A stretch of 64,000 bases of DNA from an uncultured virus (IMG/VR IMGVR_UViG_3300023179_000076) (taxonomy: Duplodnaviria; Heunggongvirae; Uroviricota; Caudoviricetes), in IMG/VR virus record IMGVR_UViG_3300023179_000076, positions 1-64,000 of that record. One strand, written 5' to 3'. Shown one piece after another: positions 59,801 through 64,000 of the stretch (position 1 is its first letter; the number at the start of each line of letters is the position of its first letter). The translations under genes and the position numbers were made by a program. The notes beneath the pieces are model-generated. The model saw only the letters and a list, made by a program, of their open reading frames with translations, made no database searches and was not told the origin of the DNA.

Positions 59801-62800
59801 ATTTAGTTTCTTGAAGTGCAACTTTTAATTTTTCAGCAGCATTTTTTGCTGTATTTTCTGACATTAATTCTTTGATTTCGCCTAATCTAGCATTTGCGCT
59901 AGCTTGTAGGCTAACTCCTTGCTTATAAACACTAATAGCTTCTTGCATCTCCGGATCACCTTCCGGATTTCGTAAACTATCCAAAACTTGTGCAAACATT
60001 GGGGTAACGCCCTGTCCACTTTCAAGCAACATACTTTCTAGTACATTAGCTCTTAATTCATTTTGTTTAGCTCCTTCTCCCAATAAGGGGGCTATCATAT
60101 TAAAAGATTGTAAACTCTCTGATCTTTGTTCAGCGGTTGTTCCGCGATTTACAATACCTCTCATATTATTATCTAATCTGTTCAAAGAACTATTGAATTT
60201 ATTAAGCTCTTCGGAATTTGATGTTACAATTTTTTCTATTAAATTAGCGCCTGACTGCCTTTTTGCTTGAATTTCTTGTATTTTAGCTAATGCAGCACTA
60301 GCTATCTCACTACTTTCGGCTAGATTTTTAAGCGCATCAAAATTTTGTCGTAATGCTAAATTATTATTACGAAGTCTATCTTGCATAGTCTTAAATTCAT
60401 CCTCTGCTGACGGTCCTTTTGCTGCGGCAGAATCCGAGGCTTGTTGTAATGTTTGTCTAGAATTTTCTAAATTTTGAATATTTCTAGATATTCTAACAGG
60501 ATCTGTTTCTCCTCCTGTTTGTCTTCGTGCTTTATCTAATGTTTGTGTCAAGGTTTCTCTTAAACTAATTTCTCTTCCAAACACTTTAGATAATTCATTA
60601 TTTGATGAAGTAATAATATCTGATGCTTTATTAAAAGCCTGATTTGCTTCTAACTGAAGATCTATCATAGTATTCATAGCATTAGCATATTCATTTACTG
60701 CATTCTGATAGAATTCCATAGCCCTAACAGCACTTTCCTGTGCTCGTTTAGCAGCTTCTATTTGTTTTGTTAAGCCTGGAACTTTTTCTGCTATTTCATC
60801 AAAATTAACTTGGTCTAAATCTCCTTTAGTGCTAATATCTTTGAGAGCGCTCTGAATTTGTTTACTAAAAGATGGAACTAAACTATCAGGAATTTGTAGA
60901 TCTCTTAATTGTTTATCTAAATTAGATCTAATTCTAGCTAACACTTTTTCATTAGTTGCATTTGGATCTTCTTTACGTGTTCTATTAATTGTTTGTAAGA
61001 TAGTATCTTCTAGTTGACCAGCACCAATATTAAGAATTGATGATATTGGTTGGCTCGCTGATCCAAAAAATGAACCAGCAAAATTTACAGCCTTATCTTG
61101 TTCTTCTTGGGAGTATACACCTCTGTTTTGTAGTACATTAATGGCTTTTAAGTTAACCTGTCCAGCTTTAGCATTGCCATTTAAAGAAGCAGTAGCTAAT
61201 TCAGCGCTATTAGATAGTTGTTGAATTTTGAAAGATGCCTTATTTATTGACATCTCCATATTAGAATATATTCTTTCCATACTATTAACAAACGTATTAA
61301 CGCCCTTATTTAATTTTTCAAATTCTATTTCTCTAGCAACTCTAGCGTTATTTAATATGATTTGTTTTTCCGCTTCTCTTGCTATTATTCCATCTATTAT
61401 TTTTTTTCTCTGGTCATCATCTAAATCTGCTCTAGCTTGGGTTTCTATAATTTGTTGTGCTACGATAGGATTTGATCTTGCGATAGTGTCAGCAAATTGT
61501 GAAACATTACCATTAGCGTCTTTTATAGAGGCTAATATTTCATCTTCTGATTTTTGACCACTTCTCATTTGCTGTTCAAAAACTCTAAATATATTATCTG
61601 CTAATGGCTTAAACATTGCTGATTGCTGTTGTGCCAATCCAGGGGCTAAAGCAAACATATTTGATTGTCTATTTAGAGCTGCTTGTTCATTAGCTGACCT
61701 ATTGCTGAATATTTTAGTATCATACATGCTTGATCCACTCAATGCTTTAAAAATAGCATCTGGTATTCCAAGAGCAAGAGCATTAGCAGTCATTCCTATT
61801 GGAGCATTACCAAGTGTAGTAGATTGCAAATATGCTCCAACTCCTTGTTGTTGTAAAATCATGCTTCTTTGTGTTGCTTCTGATCCAGAAAAAGCCATTG
61901 CATCTATAATATTTGTCCAAAACATAGCCGGTACTTCCGTATCAATCTTTAGTCTTGCCATAGCAGCAGATATTCCAACATTTATTTGATCTGTTATATC
62001 TTTTAGAATACTTAACTTAGTCATATCTTTACTAAATTCATCAAATAGTATAGATATTCTATCCAAGCTTGTTTGTAGTTTTTTACTAGCTAATTCTTTA
62101 TCAAATTCTCGTGCCGCATTATAAGCATCTTTAAATGCTGCTGCTAAACTTATAGCGGCGGTTGCTGCTATTCCAAATGGTCCAGTTAATACTTTTGTTA
62201 GTCCAGGCAAAACTGATCCTGCTAATTTTCCTATTCCTGTACCACTAAATATAGTAGAAGTAGATAATTCTTTTAATGTTTGAAGACTTTGGCCAATACC
62301 AACCGCTAATGTTGAGGCTGTGGATGTTCCACTAGAAATTGCTGCTGCTGCCATTGCTGCGTTTCTGCTTTCTGTTGCATCTATAAATTTAGCTATAACA
62401 CTACCAGCAGCTCCTATAGCTAAACCAAATTTACTAAATTTTGCAGATATTTTATCGATTTCCTTAAATAGTTGTTGAGTTTCTCCTCTGGATTTTAATG
62501 CTTCTCCTGTGGCTCCTTTAATTTGTTCTGGTTGTATCTTATTTTGAGCAGCAATCATTGTCGCTGCTCTGGATACAATTGCTTCATCGGTTGATATATT
62601 CTTTATAGCATCAGTTAAACTTTGAACATTAAAAGCTTGTGTTGGAGTAGCCCCCTGTTTTAACTGATCCATAATATCTTTTAGTATTTTATTACTATCA
62701 CCAGCAAAATTTTCTCCTAGAATATTTTCAAGAGTATCTCCTATACTTTCTTCTAGTTGTGAAATATCTATAGCTTTTCTCTCTTGTCCTTCTTGATTAG

Positions 62801-64000
62801 CATATTCTCCTTTTGCTTCTCTAGCGCTTATATTTTCAAGACTTTGTTTAGCATCAAATAATTGTTCTTGAAAACTATCTAAAGCTCTAGGAAGATTATT
62901 CTTAAATTGTTCAGCTAAATTTAAAGCCTGATCAGATAATGACTGAGAATATTCCTCAAGACTTTGTCCGGCTAGTCTTGCTCTCAAAGCCAAATAATCG
63001 TTCGCTGTGGCAGCAGCCTGGGCCTTATTTTTTGTTTCGGAAATTTGTGATATTATATCTTTTATATTGGTGCCTTGTCCTAGATCAGTCACATCAAATG
63101 CTTGTAGTCCTCTAGATCTAATAGTCTCGCTAAGTGCTTGTTGTCTTGCTTCTTGTGTGGACGGCACCTCTGGTCCTAGTACATTGCTAAAATCTTGCTC
63201 CATAATATTGATTGATCTAGTATCAATTTCTTGTTGTAACCCAGATATATATTCTTCTGTGGATTGATTAGCTTCTTTAGCTCTTTGAGCTAATAGTTCT
63301 TGTAGTATTATTTGTTGTTGAGCAGCTTTATTGGCCTGTATGGTAGCATCAACAGCTTGAAATTTTAGCCTAGCTTCATCTTGTATCGCTTGCTTATCTT
63401 CTCTGGACGATGCTGCTCTGTATAATGGGTCATATTCTGATTTGATTCTTTCTTTTGACTCTATTCTTTGAGCAATTGCTTCGTTTTCTACTGCTGCTAG
63501 TTTTTGCTCGGCAGATTTGGGTACGGGAGGTGGGGTTGGTGATAAAGAAGATCTGTTTCTGCGACGAGGGCGTGGTGGAGTAACTGTATATGTTGTTGTT
63601 GATTTTGGAGGCTCTATAGGAGCAGGATTTTGATATGTATCTATTGCTTTATTTAGAGCATCAATATAATGAGTCATTATAGCATCAACTTCTGCCGTTG
63701 TTTTTCCTTGTTTAGCCAAAGACACGACTACTGCGCGGTAGCTTTGCACCATCAAACTAGCATCGTCTAATGTTGCATCGATAGTACTATGATATCTATC
63801 TAAAGTCTTTGCTAAAATCGGAGCCACTTTGTCTATCTCTTGCCAGGCTGAATAGCTATTACTTATCATTTGTTCTGTAGTTCTAAAGCTATCTACTAAT
63901 AATATTGCACTTGTCTTTAGAAATCCAAGATCAGGCATGAGCGTCCGAATACCAGTTGTGTCTTTTCTTCCATAAGAAACCTTATCACCGTCTTTAAATC
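53847..64000 (-). CDS. Tail tape measure protein (more than 3380 aa; 5' end lies beyond the window)
   Basis: Frame stays open upstream of the ATG at 63938 to the window end; long Ala/Gln-rich helical region, hydrophobic segments, three GTDTVPAMLTPGEFV motifs. Confidence 0.85.
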   Translation of the reverse strand, partial: FKDGDKVSYGRKDTTGIRTLMPDLGFLKTSAILLVDSFRTTEQMISNSYSAWQEIDKVAPILAKTLDRYHSTIDATLDDASLMVQSYRAVVVSLAKQGKTTAEVDAIMTHYIDALNKAIDTYQNPAPIEPPKSTTTYTVTPPRPRRRNRSSLSPTPPPVPKSAEQKLAAVENEAIAQRIESKERIKSEYDPLYRAASSREDKQAIQDEARLKFQAVDATIQANKAAQQQIILQELLAQRAKEANQSTEEYISGLQQEIDTRSINIMEQDFSNVLGPEVPSTQEARQQALSETIRSRGLQAFDVTDLGQGTNIKDIISQISETKNKAQAAATANDYLALRARLAGQSLEEYSQSLSDQALNLAEQFKNNLPRALDSFQEQLFDAKQSLENISAREAKGEYANQEGQERKAIDISQLEESIGDTLENILGENFAGDSNKILKDIMDQLKQGATPTQAFNVQSLTDAIKNISTDEAIVSRAATMIAAQNKIQPEQIKGATGEALKSRGETQQLFKEIDKISAKFSKFGLAIGAAGSVIAKFIDATESRNAAMAAAAISSGTSTASTLAVGIGQSLQTLKELSTSTIFSGTGIGKLAGSVLPGLTKVLTGPFGIAATAAISLAAAFKDAYNAAREFDKELASKKLQTSLDRISILFDEFSKDMTKLSILKDITDQINVGISAAMARLKIDTEVPAMFWTNIIDAMAFSGSEATQRSMILQQQGVGAYLQSTTLGNAPIGMTANALALGIPDAIFKALSGSSMYDTKIFSNRSANEQAALNRQSNMFALAPGLAQQQSAMFKPLADNIFRVFEQQMRSGQKSEDEILASIKDANGNVSQFADTIARSNPIVAQQIIETQARADLDDDQRKKIIDGIIAREAEKQIILNNARVAREIEFEKLNKGVNTFVNSMERIYSNMEMSINKASFKIQQLSNSAELATASLNGNAKAGQVNLKAINVLQNRGVYSQEEQDKAVNFAGSFFGSASQPISSILNIGAGQLEDTILQTINRTRKEDPNATNEKVLARIRSNLDKQLRDLQIPDSLVPSFSKQIQSALKDISTKGDLDQVNFDEIAEKVPGLTKQIEAAKRAQESAVRAMEFYQNAVNEYANAMNTMIDLQLEANQAFNKASDIITSSNNELSKVFGREISLRETLTQTLDKARRQTGGETDPVRISRNIQNLENSRQTLQQASDSAAAKGPSAEDEFKTMQDRLRNNNLALRQNFDALKNLAESSEIASAALAKIQEIQAKRQSGANLIEKIVTSNSEELNKFNSSLNRLDNNMRGIVNRGTTAEQRSESLQSFNMIAPLLGEGAKQNELRANVLESMLLESGQGVTPMFAQVLDSLRNPEGDPEMQEAISVYKQGVSLQASANARLGEIKELMSENTAKNAAEKLKVALQETKFTFEEKILNDIRLEIINLKNLVANNQKASGFATGGIVYASNGASIDFAPKGTDTVPAMLTPGEFVVNRASTRRNLPLLQSINSSRGGKINYLQDGGIVPGENWTTPDKQKLYQSSERDKTELQTSKSYPEVKKEPKADDQKELLLTPARAYKKYTQDIEFPAERNWFTQKIIKKPVPNSNFNIVPGSSYVGNSIDVNDKNSYMYNGLGAERIIKSLLDTSKFLSSDEKPITKQQLEKNKPIYKNILNLIDKNILDKDITTQDKFIPRIKDSVLDIKIPRAFFGYPNSEASIDNLAVSDSTKKYLLSKDKISESAAYPINLSRMPQGVFSNTGGGVKIENLTDYKSAGGSGGLLSDYSQAFADLSITKQNYANLERVIENMDKEKFVASSKFQNKKTIISLLEDFANKKLFSIELGDEDENILDGQKAKGKLLPLTLYNIGANQWQNQIDKFKTKLEKSKNNGNNLADLLPINDDFKADTDNFIDLIDLKTGNRIDSYPWLSKDFNVTDITHENFVSSGKSQFGPKPQKLFDTLSPPIEYGKEKDLAPWFFYRKITRGTRYDTSKRQFVGEPINYYVIDKQDNNRSPFGEMSQDKLFIPENQWQNFNNQLKNNTNQYDNKTGKLIGAEKTFKYMFADPMGGFDSVESELGNQYKSVLQDFVPYIVPSVVTDMEVDALKFKENLKDRAAEVFKNEAVDTAKTKPKIKLETGDAFTNAKKVGIARAVYDIGKKAIGIKSAKPAKLEDVRSIIRELNDNETKLSKDLSKTVPDQRLTNPEWLKNYAYRAFFVELYKGTYKGTDLDTPQFLKGLGLPINNKYFTDPKKSPQIPVPGFKDKKEAAYVDYLDPKSAEGPIKNIINREIALKSGTAFAGTLSDEDKEKLKISGSQARIYEDGGDTLLQGDKELVPQSYKDVMDIGLNPRNVFATPTFRSEKYLSVLEELYKKGTDQNGNLVFDYGDPTALTAAKSIDILKEWYTDYQDKYLNLGADFAKSQEELSQPFNKNNFDGFRRLTAQPAHAFLTGNKYGVLPDSERLFDQLQLEIEEPINKARGGLIYASTGRLINFQPKGTDTVPAMLTPGEFVINRAATKANLPLLKAINSGSKGYSKGGIIYAAGGMHLDTDMTSDSSRRDNRPSPISPTLEEIAPGVYTVDPSIWKSDAPRSMRNINLEDLERNKFSQDDTIPYTNVTWAELAYAVEETRRRQDRQKARENSTLTAFGISAGESTVAHLAASQAAGAASTALSPMAAAPPWGTVAYALAIPIVYGATYAATSFGMGKLEEAIGVKERFDEIKEANPYATTAGSIVPMGASLAQAGYRAGVSGIVREAQTLTSKRAWTDRAVAAIASGASDAGVQVLTNAGEMIVTSPDDPHVPKSLWELNTNQILAAMVGGATFGRAQIREARTKWAEKIIQDRISQRMPASGRGGTGAFGYGQRQFTAEDVTQFEKAAQLLIGDDVINRDMLRMAGIDGEDLKVFSAIRASRENNFPEQYTNTQQGETPTLSKRTISGGSEGISPRTGLPGAIPENMDARRPGWGNQGLGYYTQEDVRRIIAYLQGNVVAELQSGKTLDQVLSNVSVLSNTLSPEAKLLVQKASKNFENQPVSQELLDKLNANISKFAPAEPLIPPGTIQEQALNTYLEKYRRVQIEDPLVGAAMPTMEQVAPVRVAYPNKIDPKQTRDMLGFRGISGEIQPSGLDIAFSDPNAFIKMQETTLQTLLNAAHQGDQAVAGFATGVHNTMMTAVKKYLHDMDMKSENVQHHQAGGLIYANNGRLINFKPRGTDTVPAMLTPGEFVVNRDSTQKYKPVLEAINNGNYSRGGIVNYLNKGGYIPEYKFIGGLMGSAGSATPSFDFTKYLNSLVGAVSSSITEAFDKALSGLKQPNNAGGGVSNNGADLASIDNFVNRLNNIANILSNIYIPPQITITGKHDVVVTINGDTVLNQLRPDIAGIVISAIRGAFADLKAKNPQNDTIDFNIDIDPRRFT
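54316..59715 (-). repeat. Three dispersed ~200-nt direct repeats in the tape measure gene
   Basis: GG..YA..G..I.F.P[KR]GTDTVPAMLTPGEFV.NR..T....P.L..IN at about 59516-59715, 56455-56660 and 54316-54520. Confidence 0.85.

Noticed and set aside
3585..63267. Many short antisense or nested ORFs in the ORF track (e.g. 15974-16438, 42512-42868, 52230-52661)
   Set aside because: They lie within long, well-supported genes and have no recognisable motifs, so they are likely shadow ORFs
1..64000. Alternative genetic code (TAG or TGA recoding)
   Set aside because: Standard-code ORFs tile the window densely, including ORFs of 2000-3400 aa, and the dnaE breaks end in TAA
1..64000. tRNA, rRNA or other structured ncRNA genes
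   Set aside because: Intergenic gaps are all shorter than about 70 nt and no cloverleaf was recognised

Overview
A 64-kb, AT-rich, almost fully coding slice of a large tailed dsDNA phage genome (Caudoviricetes-like), read with the standard code. The plus-strand arm (1-25276) is a replication/recombination module. It encodes an intein-bearing PhoH (5'-truncated), HNH nuclease, RecA, DnaB, DnaG, dNMP kinase, an intein-bearing PD-(D/E)XK nuclease, DnaE in three separate genes, DnaQ and SSB. A cluster of mostly degenerate glycosyl-, methyl- and nucleotidyl-transferase-like genes, an endonuclease and an annealase-like gene follow. The minus-strand arm (25277-64000) is a virion/tail module with very large proteins and a tape measure protein that runs off the window. 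The most unusual feature is the dnaE locus. A free-standing LAGLIDADG endonuclease splits the gene next to the catalytic PDIDID motif, with no intein or intron signature. Each flanking fragment appears to carry a degenerate copy of the part held by the other, which suggests a splice-free, domain-swapped polymerase. The endonuclease ribosome-binding site lies in a predicted hairpin containing a motif (GGTGTATA-N5-TATAATT) that recurs upstream of a tail gene. Other highlights are one clear (Gly-initiated) and one probable class 3 intein, a circularly permuted FGE/C-lectin domain inserted in a tail-fibre paralog, and repeat-bounded cassettes in the tape measure protein. All calls come from motif recognition by eye; no searches were run.
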